64,000 nt of DNA from Aplysia californica (Eukaryota). Positions 22,748 through 35,699 of this stretch are shown here, one piece after another. Within the stretch, counting starts at the first letter, position 1. Each line of letters begins with the position of its first letter. The stretch is taken from assembly GCF_000002075.1 (NCBI RefSeq), contig NW_004797308.1:2050317-2114316 (forward strand). The letters run 5' to 3'. A program made the translations under genes and the position numbers. Below the pieces are notes generated by a model that ran no database searches, had not been told where the DNA came from, and saw only the letters and a list, made by a program, of their open reading frames with translations.

Positions 22748-25700
22748 CTAAGGGCACCATGGAAAGAAAGGGCAAAAAAGTGTTAACTCTTTACGATGTT
22801 TATTGTTTGTTTAATGTTAGTCTGGATGAGATAGAGAAACGCAGTAATAATGGCCACCAAGAATAGGAAAAAGGCAGAGACAGAAAGAAACATGGTTTAT
22901 TTGATCAAAATGAAAAGTGGTCAAAATGCATAGTTACATGGACTGTTAGATTAGAGTATGCAGGTTTAAAATTAGGTTCCATGGTGCAATCAAACCTACC
23001 TGTCTACCCCCCCCCTCCAATGAAAGCTACCTTTAACACACAAAAAAACCCAAAAAAGACAACTCCCTCAACTCGCATTAAATAGCTACATGTGTACCAG
23101 TCCTGATAAGAATTATGTCCCGTGACATACTGGCTCGAGTGGCCATTGTTTGAGGGAGGGGGTCTGGACAAAGAGAACTACCCTAAAAATATAAGACATA
23201 AACCAGCAAAGAATCTTTTGACACATATAAAAAACTTCAGTCTTCTTTCAGACCACTGGAGCTTCCTTCCGAGTGGTGATATTGACACAACATTCAATGC
23301 TTTGTCTCACCCCTGGGAAATCCCTGAGGGCAGCTTGCTTAGCGGAGGCAAAGAGGGCCTGGAGGGTGTTGTTCACCGGCTTCTGGAATGGGTTGTCCGC
23401 AGAAGGTGAGCCCCAGATATTCTTCCCTGCTGATGATGCCTGGAGAGAAAAAAAAAATCACAGACAATCAAACAAATGGAGGTTTAAGGCATGGATTAAG
23501 CATACTTTCCCCTTCATGCTGCTCCTCCTTACAAGCACTAGATTTGATGTTTTCTACAAGATGCCTTACTTCTTACACTGGTACATACAACTTGGGATAT
23601 AAGAAAATGGAGCAACCTTAATGGTAAATATCATCATAGAGAGCTGTGAGACATTCATGTCCTGCTGTCAAGTTGTCCTCTTGTGAACCTCATTATTTAT
23701 GGTCCCTGTTCTCTTGTACACAGAAAACCATGGGTGGTTGGCGGGTACTTTGGTGTGGCTTGCTCCGTCTTTTTGGCTAAACATCTACCGTCCTTAGGTC
23801 TCCTTCTTTTTTGTGTTTGTTACTCTCTTGTCACACTTCTAATCTTCGGCATTTATACGACCTAATTGTGTTGCAAGTCCTGTAAAACATTTCCTAAAAC
23901 TGACCCCCCCCCCCCTAAGAAAACCATGCACATCAAACATGCATGTGCTCATGCTATTACTATGCTGATTACTTTGAGGTGCGTGCATGTATGTGTGTGT
24001 GTCTGTATTTGAGCTTCTGATAATAATCGAAACTTCTGAATTTGCTACTCTTTCTTTTATTCAAACATCTTGAGCATTTTAACTCTCAAAAGTTCTTGGG
24101 TTTTGGCTCGTTTTTTAAGGTAAAGAGGTTGGACGTAGAAGAAAAAATCCTACAAATTCCTGTGAAGGTCAACACAATAAGTGTTGTATATCAATAGAAA
24201 GGTTATGGAAGGGACTGATATGATACAAGAATTATTTGAGTATGATTTTTCATTTGCAGATGTGACCTACTTACTTGGTGTTTAAAAATAGAAGAAAAAA
24301 AAAAGATTTTTTCCCCTCCTCTTTACATAGGCAAAGAAAGAAAAAACGATTCCAATTCTAGTTTTTATATTCAGGAACATTCAATTCTACAAAATATACA
24401 AAAAATTAAGAGTAATTTCAGGCCAATTAGTGGAGACGACAGCCATTTAGTACCATGACCTAGTTGCTCAAATTTGAAATACAAACAGTCTGATAGCATA
24501 AAAAACTATTATAAATTTGTGAAGGCTCTTATGACTGAGGTACTTTACCTAAAAGTAATGCATATTGGGTAGGTATTGATTTTAGACACAAATCAGAGAT
24601 TTCACTCAACTTATTGTCATATTTGACCTACTTTTGAGATTTCTATACATAGAAATATAGATTATTTCACTAATATTGCTAGAGGAGCCTCTCTTTGGCT
24701 CTCAGACATCGCAATTCGAGCTGCATACATTTATCTGTCCTCTGGGTTCATAAATATAGCCTATATATAGATGAATTCTTTGTTCTAGCTTTTTTTTTAT
24801 AATAGAGGGTTTTACGGTGCTCCCAACTGCATAAGGTCATATGAGCGCCAAGGGGTGGGTGTCAACATAGAAGCCTTTACAGGGAAGACTTAGACTGCTC
24901 ACCTCTCTAGCTTCAACAGCACAAGGTCTGCTACGACTATCAAGGCACCCAGAAATAGCAGGTCACAAGAGAGTGACAAACATACAAATGAAGTAGACGG
25001 AAAATAGTAAGGATCAGGAAAGAAAAGGCAGCAGTAACCTGTTGTAGATCAGGCTGTTATGAGCGTGTCATGAGTCAGCCCATTTACAATTCTACTATGC
25101 TTGAACGAGAAATGTCCCCCCTTTGGGAATGGCCTAAAGACACTACAGTCAGCGGCACTGCCCTGGGGGGTAGTTCTTGCTTTGATCTTTGTATCAAAGA
25201 AAGTAATTCAAGATGGCGGACAGATGAGAATGATTTCGGTAAAATGCAACACCCATTTAAGTATGAAAAACTTATTTTTTTCCCAATTTTTTGGGGGGGT
25301 AATTCACCAGAATCAAGTCTACACTCTGTGTAGAAGCACCAAAATGGATAAATTAGACAAAAATATGAGATTTATAGCCTTCCAAAACCATTTAACATTT
25401 TTGTTCGATTTTTAAAGGAAAGAACTGTTAAAAGTTAAGAGGAATGATAGGTTATATAAGACTGGGGATGAAGCTCTTCCTCCTTGTTCTAGATGACAGC
25501 AGCTTGACAGTTAGTCCGATGTAGCGCACAAACAGTGCAGTCTACTTCATATCTGAGAGACTGCCAAAGAGCTTTCTTTCAAGAGGAGTCACATAAGGAT
25601 GAAGTAAAAAGATACTATTTTCAGTTCTTGAGAACTCATTACATCATATACTTCAAAACTAATTATAGGCGTAAAATATTTAAATCAAATTGTACTTTAT

Positions 25701-28700
25701 CCTTCCCGAACAGGATTGACCAAGGACAAATATTCAACTTTTGGTCCTCAGATGGCTTTTCCATGCATATTGAGCTCAAGGGCCAAATTTGGTTTGCCAA
25801 CATCTGGGGTTCTTCTCACAGGCATACACACCATAGACACATTTCAGCCTCAGTAACAAATGTATTAACGGTAGTGAAAAAGCCAACATGCAACACACAC
25901 CAAGCCCTCCAATTCCATGTATCCGGGCGGGGAGTTGGGGCCGAAGAGCTCATCGAGATGAGACTGTCTCTGGGCCTGTGAGAGGGAGGAAGACACGGTT
26001 AGCACAAACTGGCATTCCACTTGTTTCAGCAGAGAGGAGGAGGAAAAATTCGGGGAAAGTACTGCTATACATAACACAAGATTAATAGAGTGAAAGAAAC
26101 ACACAATACAATTTATGAAATGGTGCTCGTTATATTTTCTGCAAATAATGACAAAAGAATAACTAAGTTGTTAATAGAAACAGTGAAATAAGATACAAGT
26201 TAAATTTTCCTTTAATTTTAGAAAGAGAACATTTTTCCAGCATGCTACACTAATTTACAGGTGTCAATCGTACTTAAACAGGTTTTTTTTTAACCCTTAA
26301 AGGAAAACAATTATCTTTAAAAAAGAAAAGAAAACAAACGATGATCAGCTAGAATTAAATACGAATGGGTGCCCCCCACCATGCCTGAAAATGTGTCTCC
26401 TTGTTAGCCTTTACAGTAGCAAAGTTTTCACGCTTGCAACAAACGAGCTCCATGCAAAATCATCATCATCACACACACACACAAGCACACATGCATGTAT
26501 GACCACTGAAAGCAACAAAGCTATGTCAGAAGAGCACACACTAGCACAACTTTCAAACGCGTTCACACAGTTTTAAGAAACCAGCTCAAGGAAAACTCAA
26601 ACATGTCAAGTGCCAAAAAAAAAAAGCCAAAAAAAAAGCGGGAAGCACATGCAAACTACTCACCCCGGGGATGGGTTGTCCAAAGGCGGTAAACGCTTTG
26701 CTGTCATGGTCCTCCACAACTAGACGTCGTATAGAGCGCTCAAGCTCATCCTATTAAAAGTAAACAAAACAATCAGTTTTTAAAAAACGGGGGGGGGGGG
26801 GGTTTCATTTTAGAACTCTCACATCTCATGATACTTAAAAAAGGGAGTTCAATAACAACTAAGCAAAGATATCGCAGAAATGTGTATTAACTAACAATGG
26901 AAAAAGGAGAGCAAGAAAGAGTCTCAAAACATATACAACCTTTGCAAGCTTCTTGCTAGTTCTGCATTCACTATCACTATTAACAAAGTGTAGCGAGCAT
27001 ATGAGTTGGTACTTGTGACCTACTGAAGTTTCAAATTTTTCAGTTAATACCAGTATTACACAGGGTTCTGTTGCTTCAAATGAGCCTGTCTTTCCAAAAC
27101 GGAGAACATGAAAAAACATTTGACTGGTCAGTAGAATTGAAGTGTACAACTTTTTCAGGTTATGGGTAAAAAGTAATTGCTGGACCATTGAAAGGCCATC
27201 TTGCTGATGCAAGGAAATTTTTTTGTGACTTTGTGGTGTTTTTCTTATCTCCTAAAGCAGGGCAAAAGGGAATTGTTTATTTTTCTTGTGACAGTGACCA
27301 TAATATATAGATTCACATATACCTGTTACACATTCAAGCAGCAGAGCAAATCACTTGTACTTGTACATAAACGCACTTATTAACACTTTGTCATTATATT
27401 TTGGGGAAAATCCAAAGAAACTGGTTGGTAAACACCGCCAATCGGCGAGATGAAGAAGCAAAGTGTTAAGACTCGAATCAGGTCAAAAAGTGAACTGGTT
27501 GAGTCTTACCTCCTGGATGGTGCTGGTTGTGGTGGACAGCCCTCGGTCCATGGTGACAAAGCCAGAGTCCCTTGTGTGGTTCTCCTCCCGTGGACTGTCG
27601 AAGAAACTGGAGCCCTCCAGCTCCTTTGCCAGCCGCTTGTGCTCATCTTCCCAGTCGTAATCAGCTGGTGGTGATATTTTTTTAGTTAAGAATTTAAGCA
27701 AAGAGAAGCACAGACACCGACACAAACAATGGTCATTCTGGGCCAAGAAAAAAAAAAGAAAAAAAGAATAGGACCTGTGAATAACACCTTCCAACTACCC
27801 TCATCTTTTATTAAGAGAAGCAGTTTGCTGATATACCAGTCGTTTAAGGGTACAAAAAAAAAAGCAAGATTGACTTCATGAGTACAAAAGTAGGACTTAC
27901 CAGGGACACCATTCAACCACCCACATAATCTGCAGGTGGCACGGCGTCCGAAATTCCGTCTCAGCGATCTTTTAGTTAGTCCGGGCCCCCCGCGGTAGGC
28001 CATAAATTAGCGGCAGGTGACCTGCAATTTCACGCGTCAAGTCGGGGATTGACCGGGGTCAACTCGTGCACAGCGCTGTCCTATCTTGTCCTTATCAGAA
28101 CGCGTTTCTTCCCCTAATTTCATGAGCCGTAAAATGATGCTCACTGTACCCCTAGAACCTATTTCTTCACCAATTCCGCTTCGTCTACGTCTTCTTGATA
28201 TCTTGTGAAAGTTTCAACAGTTTTCATTGATTCGTTTGGGAATAATAACAGTTTTAAATTGTGAGTGTTAAGTGATTGGAAGCGCCGATAATAATGTTAT
28301 CTCTTCAAATTTAATTACAAATCATTCGAGAATGGAACGATGGTCTTTATTTCTGTTTGCACGGTGTGATAGCCATCAAATCATATTTTCTAATGATGTG
28401 AATTTTGTTTTTCCAGCACTTTGCAGTGACTGGCTATCAGTTAGTGAATTGTGTTCCTAAGTAAAAATCGTTAAACTGCAATGGGCCAGTCACACATATG
28501 AGAGGCATAGAGTCTCTGAATGGACTTTGTCGGGTGTGTTGGTGTTTAAATTTAACTGTCAAACAAAAAAAAAGTGCAGAAAGCCCCGATTATGTAAGAC
28601 AATGGCAGGAGATATTCTCTTGATTTATGGGATTGATGTGAGGGACGAAAATGAACAGTCGTATTCCGCTAACATTTGTGTCAAGTGTTTTACCGCGATT

Positions 28701-31700
28701 TCAACTATCAAAGGGAGATAGGGTGTTACGTCATGTCAATTTATGCCGCAAAAAAGCAGTTGACACTAGTAGGAACATGTGGTGTGCGTTTGACAATAGC
28801 AGAAATATGAATTCCTTCTCCGTTTTGTTGGTACCGCTTAGGTGGCTGCATACAAAGATCAATTTCAAGCTAACATCGTAAAACACCCCAAACATACCTC
28901 CCTCCATCCCCATGTATGCAAGGAACTAACAAACACAATTTGTACAGAAACAAGAAAATACTCCGTCGAAACTGCAAAAATTGAGGAGGCAAAAGGAATG
29001 GAAGCAATATTCAATCTTCTCAATGAAAGATTTAGCCATGTTCACACTGCAATATCAAATCTCAAACCAGTCGAACGATTTTCAGTTCCACAAATCTTCT
29101 TAGCAATCGACAATTACATGTCCGCATTCAGACGCTATTTCCCCGCAAAGTTATCCCAAAGCCACACATATCATAACAACACTGTATTCCACACATACAA
29201 CAACACATGTTTGCTCTCGGGCTTTTAGGAGAACAGGACACAGAAAGCAGTCACCAAGTGATCTCAAAACTGGAAGCCAGAGTATGAAGGATCCCAAACC
29301 AGATAGACATAATGCGTTTTTATTTTTGTGTCGCATCTCCTGCAAATAGCTCCCTCATTGCGTGCTGCTGGATATGTTTAGAAAGAAAAATTGTATAAAT
29401 GTATACTTTTATTCTGTACATGTTCATTTCGTGAAAAGAAATCGGTGCTGTATATTGAAGATACGTCAGTATATCATTATTCAGGAGGATACACAATCCA
29501 TTGGATACAAAAAGTCATGAATGCAGTGAAGCGTTTTGGCTATCATGCTCATGACAAGTTCCATGTTCGTGCTGGAAACAAAATTTTGAGTGAGTCAATT
29601 TCTAAACACATTTTCCTGTCTTACGTGGCAGTTTTGTAAATATTTATCGTTAGGCTTATAAGTTATTAGCCATTCAATATGTGTTTGTTGTTTTGACTAA
29701 CTATAAATAGACATATATTTTAAGAGCAGCTAACTCAAAAACGTGAGCAGCCATGGTATTGCTATTTCGTACCAATAAAGAGGTTTAGTTGCTTTCTCTA
29801 AAGAACAAACTTGTGTTCACGTATGATATTTTTTGTTTGTGTAAGACGATAAAACATGTGTTGAAAAATTCATTTCACCGGCTACCGACGCAGGTAGCGG
29901 GAGGGCAGGTTAGTGACCTCTGGGTGACCGGCCCGCTGTGACCCGGTCACTCCATCGCCGATCCAACTAAAAGAGCGCTGTCTGTACGCCGTGGTGGGTA
30001 TGCCAAGACAAAACTAAAACACTACGTAAAATACTTCTATGGTGCTTTTTGTAAAAACTCTACTTTGAATAGCAGCAACTTAACCCCAAAATTAAGTCTA
30101 ATAAGTCAAAAAGAGGCCAACCATAAAATGAAGAATGCAACATTTCAGTTCTGCCCTGCACCCCAAATTGGTGAAAATAATTTTTTTAATCTGATGCATG
30201 AATTTATTTATTTACATGCTACATCAAGTCTCTTCCAACTTCCACAGGGAAAACACTTTCTCATTGTAATAACAAAAATGAGCAACTCCATTCAACCTTG
30301 TTTCACTAGGTAAGCAAAAGTCATTGGAGTTATTTTTCTTGCCACAGGGACAACTTCGTCCCTTAAACAGTACACAAGGCTATAGCTGAGAGGAAGATGT
30401 ATTCCTAGAAAAACAAAAACAAGCTGACCACACTCGGACTTTAACTAAGTTAAAACTTGAACTTCCTCAAGTTCATAAGTAGGGATTAAAAGCTCTGCAC
30501 CTTTACCTTAACTAAAAACTAACAGAGCAGTCATTTACACCTTAAATTATAAGAACAAGACAAATTGAATCCCACAACACTGGACAGTCCCAAGGGTAAA
30601 GAACATATATATATGCATAAATGCAAACTTTCCAAAACAAAAAAAAACAAAAATTTAACCCACGCGGCAGGTCAAGATGATGGGCACTGACCAAAAAGCC
30701 GACCTTCAAACACTCCCTACACACTTTTCTAAATCCAACAAAAGCAACCTATTCAAAGTAGACATCTGCAAAAGGTCTCTCAAATTTAGTTACAGGCTCC
30801 AGTCACATTATTATCTGCAAATCTAGTCTTGAAAAGTTCATAATTTTTTCCAGCATCAGCAAGTCCATGAGGAGCATAGCTTGAGAACACAGAGTTTGTA
30901 TTTTCCAACATGAAAACTGCATTCAAATTTAATTTCTCAAAGCTCTCAGTAAAAAAAAAAAAAAACAAGTCACAAAGAAGAATTAAATATATCAAATGAA
31001 AAAACAGCCCAACAGTACATAAAAAACAAGAAGATGCAGGACAAACAATTTAGGAAAATGACAGCGACAAAATATAAGTTACCATCTCCAAGATCACCAA
31101 AAGTTTCATCGTTCAAAATATCAAATTCCTCTTCTTCTTCAGGAGCTTGAATCAGCTGATTGATGTCCTCATCAAGCTTTCCTGCTCCAAGAGCCTGCAC
31201 CAACAAACAAAAGATAAAGAATACAACAATATAATATAGTATATATATCATGGCCTCAGACCTCGGCTCGTTCAATCATTCATGGTAGTGACATAAAAAA
31301 ATTTATTTTAAAATGTATATATAACATTAAATTAATTAACAACTGCTCATGGGAGAATCAATTTTCCATCAATAAAGGAAACACTCTGGTCTATAACCTT
31401 ACATGGCATCATAATAAACTCTGTCAAATACTATACAAGAGTGCACAGCTATAACACTTGAGATTGTTTTTGACAGAACTGTACAGATATTGTGAGAAGT
31501 CTGCCACTGCTATTTCAGCGAAAGAAGTAGTAGTACTGGACAAATGAGAACAAGTTGGGAAGTTAAATGATGATAAAACAGTTCAGAAGCCATTCTGGCA
31601 AGCAGTGAGAAAGCCAGAACAAGTGATGTGATGGAAAAAATATCTCTATGATGATTAGAGGCGGTACTTTTACTTTCTAAGAAAGAAAAGAACATTGGAG

Positions 31701-34700
31701 TGGGTTGTTGTTTTTTATGACAAGGCTGTCGTTATTCTCACCCGGGGTGAAAATAATCTCCATTTTATTCTCACGCGGGGTGAGAAAATATTATAATTAT
31801 ATTGTTATTCTCACCCCGGTTGAGAATAGAATGAATATTATTCTCACCCGGTCTGAGAATGCAATTAGGTTTTTAGGTCTACCTGGGTGTTGAGACCGAA
31901 CGATAGAAAATAATTTGTGAATTGTAAGAGAGTAACCGTTTGCGACCTGCCCCAGAGTGCTGGCAGATTTTTCTAGGCTCCCGCTGGGATTTGTTATCGT
32001 TCAATTTTTTTTAAAATCTTGAGAGTATGCACGCATGTCTTCATAAAAACCCTAGACAAGTGTAAATACATTCTAAATTCAGAAGGGAATTCACTTGCCA
32101 GAGTAGTACGATTTTAAAAATAATAGCCTTAACTGAAAGCTGTTTAATGAAATAATAGTAATAGTTTGTCATTCGTAATGATACAATTGGCATTTGTTTA
32201 CAACACAAAAAAAACATGTTTAATTGTTATCCCTAGCAGAACCCACCATTATTTTTTAAGGAAAGCAGGGCCTGGACCCTAGGCTTATTTTTTTCTTAAT
32301 TTTGATTGGTTAAACCATTCAAGAGTAAACTTTTCTATTACAGAACCAATACATTAATACTGTAGCAACAAAAGGTGACGCTATTTGGTCAAAAGATAAA
32401 GTTTTTCCCCAAATCGACAATAGTCGCCCCCCGCGCCCGAGAGCTGGCCCGCCCGTTCTCGATTTTAGTCACCTCGCATGCTCAGCGGAGTGAGAGGGGG
32501 AGGGAGGCGAGTTTTGTCGCCTGGAGCGTTCAGTGACAGGGGTCCTATGATGCCCGAAACGAAAAAAGTGGGCGAGAATAGTAGGCTGTCGTTATTACGG
32601 TTATTCTCAATAGTATGAAATTTTATTCTCACCCCGTAATCACTGTGTTATGTCAATATTAATATAGAAGAGACCTCCTACCCAACCCTCTATTTCTATT
32701 CTATTGTATCATAGTGGTCGCTCGTTTTATGGTATTCCTCCCCACAACACTATACTACAGTAAAGGCCCTTCACGCATGATGATTTTTCTTTTGTGACTG
32801 CCAGCACATTTTATGATTTTAGTCTAGATTTCACCTAGAATCTAGATCTAGGCTGGATCTTAAATAAATAGGAAGTAGCTAATCTCAACCTGTGTGAGAA
32901 TAAAAATACGATTGACCTCTCATCCCGGGTGAGACTTGCCAGCCAACATTGGCTGGCAAGTCTCACCCGGTGTGAAGCAAGACATGTTTTTCATTATAAT
33001 TTCTGAATACTGTCTAGATCTATCGGAGCGGATGATCAAACTGACAAAAAACGAAGAAAAAAAATATGATAGTACAAAAGTAAACTAATTTGGTCGTCTA
33101 TAAAGATGCTATGCCCCTCTCCGGCAGTGGTACTGACTGTGTTTAAGTGTCTTTAGGTCATTCCCAAAGGGGGGACATTAACATGTTCTTATGAATAGTA
33201 GAATTGTAAATTGCAGCTTTTTCTTTTCTCATCCTTACTAACGTCATTTCTCCTCTACTTCTTTGTACGTTTTGTCACTCCCTTGGCTTCATCCTTTCAT
33301 TCTGCCATACTGCGAGGACAGGGAGGAAGCATTTTTCTCATTGAATTCAATTTCTAGAGCTAGAGGTTTTTAAATGTCAGGAGTCAGAATATTCAGATAC
33401 TTCAGTTGTGGTTGGGGCAACGTTCCCGCACTATACTTCATTTGAAAATACCTTCAAAAGGTACTGCGAGAAAACAAGACTGCTCCACTTTGGCAGTAAC
33501 CTATTTGACATTTAGTCTCCCAGCAAAAACTAAAATCCTTCACGTAAAAAAAAAAATCCCTCCACGCCCCCTCCCTCCCCCCGTTCACACCTTACACACA
33601 CACTGACACACACACACACACAGGCCACTCCATTTGCGTAAAGGCCTATTATCAACAAATCTCTAGAACGCAAACCGTTTGGAGAAATAAAGTTGAAGTT
33701 TATTTTCCCGAACGTTCGGAGAAATAGAACCGGCCTTAAAATATTTTATCTGCCCGAAGGATTAGAAACTATGGATTTTATGTTACAATCCGGGCACCCC
33801 ACCCTTTGGGCAAAAACAAAGTGACTGAACTGAAAATTCTCTTTCATCCTTGATAGGGCCTCATTAAAATAACTCTCCAGCTTTCAGAGTAGAATCTGGG
33901 CCACAGGCTCCTTCATCAACAACCAATGTTAACTCTTCCGGGGGAAGAGCTTAGGCCTAGATCTACACGCTGTTTTGCTCAGTTGATGAAGAAAAAGCTG
34001 TCTCAAGGACTAGATTCTAGATATAGGCCTACTTTTAGCAAAATGCCGCCGTCACTGTGGTGTCAACGAAAGTAAGGGAGGTTGCTTTAAGTTTGACACA
34101 GTTTGTACGCCCCTCTTTTGGGGTCAGATTTTTAAACAACATTTTTTACGATTTTTGGGGGGCTCCAGTGCCCGAAAACTAAAAAAAAACCTGATGCCCG
34201 ACCCGGCAGTTCTCTCTAATCTTGATCTGTGGATGCTAGATCTAATCTAGATCTAGATCTAGAATCTAAATCTCGGAACAAATTGCATGATCTTTTCATA
34301 GTGTGCATCATAGATGTAGGAAGTACTATGGGCGCTTTTTCGGTAGTTCCAACCCCGCAATTGTTATTCACGGGTTCAGGCCCTAAGAGTAGGGGGGTTT
34401 CAGGGGGGCATGTTTTGCAGTTGTAAGGTTTGATATCTTAGTAAGACTCTTAGTCTTAGCTCGCCGCGAATCAAATGTAGATCTAGATTCTATAGATCTA
34501 CGAAGTGGCTATTCTCATCCGGGGTGAGAATAGAAAAACGATCTACCTCTCACCCCGGGTGAGACTTGCCAGCGTAGGCTATTCTCACCCGGTGCGAAAC
34601 AAGACCTGCTTTTCCTCATTTTGGAATACTGTCTATCGGTGTGGATGATAAAATTGATAAAAGCCAAGAAAAAATTACGTTATAGCACAAAAGTAAGCTA

Positions 34701-35699
34701 ATTTGATCGTCTTCAAAGATGCTATGGCTATTTCACTGTTCGAATCGAGCCGAACTACGCGGGTCGCCATTTTGTTTTGCCCGGAAGTTCTCGCAAGATC
34801 TACTCCTCCCCTCTCTCTCTCTCTGAATACTGTCTATCGGTGTGGACGATCAAATTGACCAAAACAAAGTTAAAAAATGATGTTAAAACACAAAAGTAAA
34901 TTAATTTGGTTTGTCTACAAAGATGCTACGGCTATTTAACTTTTCGAATCAAGCCGAACTACGCGGGTCGCCATTTTGTTTTGACTGGAAGTTCTCGCGC
35001 TACTCCTCTCTCTGTCTCTTTCTCTCTCTCTCTCTCCACTGCCCACATACAAAATTGTACGCTTTTAGTTTTAGTAGGCTACAGTTGTAATGGAACGTTT
35101 GTTCACGGCACAGAATTCTACAATTTTTCTGTTATCACAGTGTAGGCTAGAATTCTGTGGTTTAGGGTGAACGCAAAATTTGTTGGCCTAGATCTACTAG
35201 GCTATAACGGTGAACGCGCACCGGGTGAGAATAGCCAAAAGACTAGCCTGCCCCGGGTGAGAATAGAGGTGGCCATAGATCTAGATTCTTTCTAGACCTC
35301 TAGATCTAGATTCTAGATCTAGATGATCTAGATTTAGATGTAGATTTCTAGGTCAGGCTCAAATAAGGGGGGTGGGAACTAGCCTACCAAAAAAGCACCG
35401 TACTATGACCCTATGACCATAGAGTATGCACCTCCTACAGATCTATGGTGTGCATGCAAAGTGCAGTTGGGCAAGGCAATGTTATTGTTATCGAAATAAC
35501 GTCAGTGTGAAATTTGATGGTATTTGTCATTGATAAAACGAACACACGTTGAAGATTAGATAAATAAAACATGAAATGACACATATGTAACAACGGAAGC
35601 CATAAGTTAGAGAAGTATGCTTTAAATAATCATAATTAGGCCAAGTAAACTGATTTCACTTACGGAAAACATCCTATCGGCGTCGCGCGACAATGCCAT
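22490..35699 (-). CDS. PATL1: Protein PAT1 homolog 1 (mRNA decapping activator), N-terminal part, 7 exons; the rest is missing toward the gap
   Basis: Minus-strand exons 35699-35664, 31194-31083, 27664-27510, 26750-26664, 25975-25901, 23439-23311, 22747-22490, all phase-compatible. Motifs LDED..EEEFDILNDETFG (Pat1 N-terminal DDX6-binding region), DYDWEDEHKRLA and the TLAEIE / LTAAELERQL helices. Confidence 0.85.
23311..23439 (-). CDS. PATL1: PATL1 exon (ASSAGKNIWGSPS...RDFPG)
   Basis: tccag|GCA...GGG|gtgaga; 43 codons. Confidence 0.78.
25901..25975 (-). CDS. PATL1: PATL1 exon (AQRQSHLDELFGPNSPPGYMELEGL)
   Basis: cacag|GCC...TTG|gtgtgt; 25 codons. Confidence 0.72.
26664..26750 (-). CDS. PATL1: PATL1 exon (DELERSIRRLVVEDHD...GQPIPG)
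   Basis: aatag|GAT...GGG|gtgagt; 29 codons. Confidence 0.78.
27510..27664 (-). CDS. PATL1: PATL1 exon (DYDWEDEHKRLAKELE...STIQE)
   Basis: caccag|CT...GAG|gtaaga; phase 1-0. Confidence 0.85.
27940..29993 (+). mobile_element. Internally deleted Chapaev-type (CMC; RAG1-N-terminus-related) DNA transposon in a PATL1 intron
   Basis: CACGGCGT...ACGCCGTG termini, 4-bp TSD GTGG (27936-27939 / 29994-29997), second TIR block CAGCG(A/C)TCTTTTAGTT, degraded transposase inside. Confidence 0.8.
28481..29290 (+). pseudogene. Degraded Chapaev-type transposase: N-terminal Chapa/RAG1-like Zn motif fused by deletion to the C-terminal catalytic-E region
   Basis: With frameshifts: H.ESLNGLCRVC..YGIDVRDE..ANICVKCF (H-x7-CRxC..D..CxxC), then KVIPKPHI..QHCIPHIQQH..LGLLGEQDTESSHQ. 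Confidence 0.72.
31083..31194 (-). CDS. PATL1: PATL1 exon (ALGAGKLDEDINQLIQAPEEEEEFDILNDETFGDLGD)
   Basis: gtgcag|GCT...G|gtaac; NDETFG motif. Confidence 0.88.
35664..35699 (-). CDS. PATL1: Probable PATL1 first coding exon (MALSRDADRMFS)
   Basis: ATG in aaacATGG context, 12 codons, then a consensus donor TCC|GTAAGT; phase 0 matches the next exon; CpG-rich promoter context. Confidence 0.6.

Noticed and set aside
27940-29993. ProtoRAG/RAG1L-RAG2L or Transib assignment
   Set aside because: The TSD is 4 bp rather than 5 bp, no RAG2-like sequence is present, and the GEQxxESxH motif fits Chapaev/CMC better.
33797-33847. Alternative PATL1 first exon (MKENFQFSHFVFAQR|gtgggt)
   Set aside because: Weaker donor and no Pat1 resemblance; 35699-35664 fits better. 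It cannot be excluded as a minor exon.
32641-35143. CACTGTG (32641) and CACAGTG (35137) RSS/Transib heptamers
   Set aside because: They face outward from each other, have no nonamer or extended TIR match, and are expected by chance.
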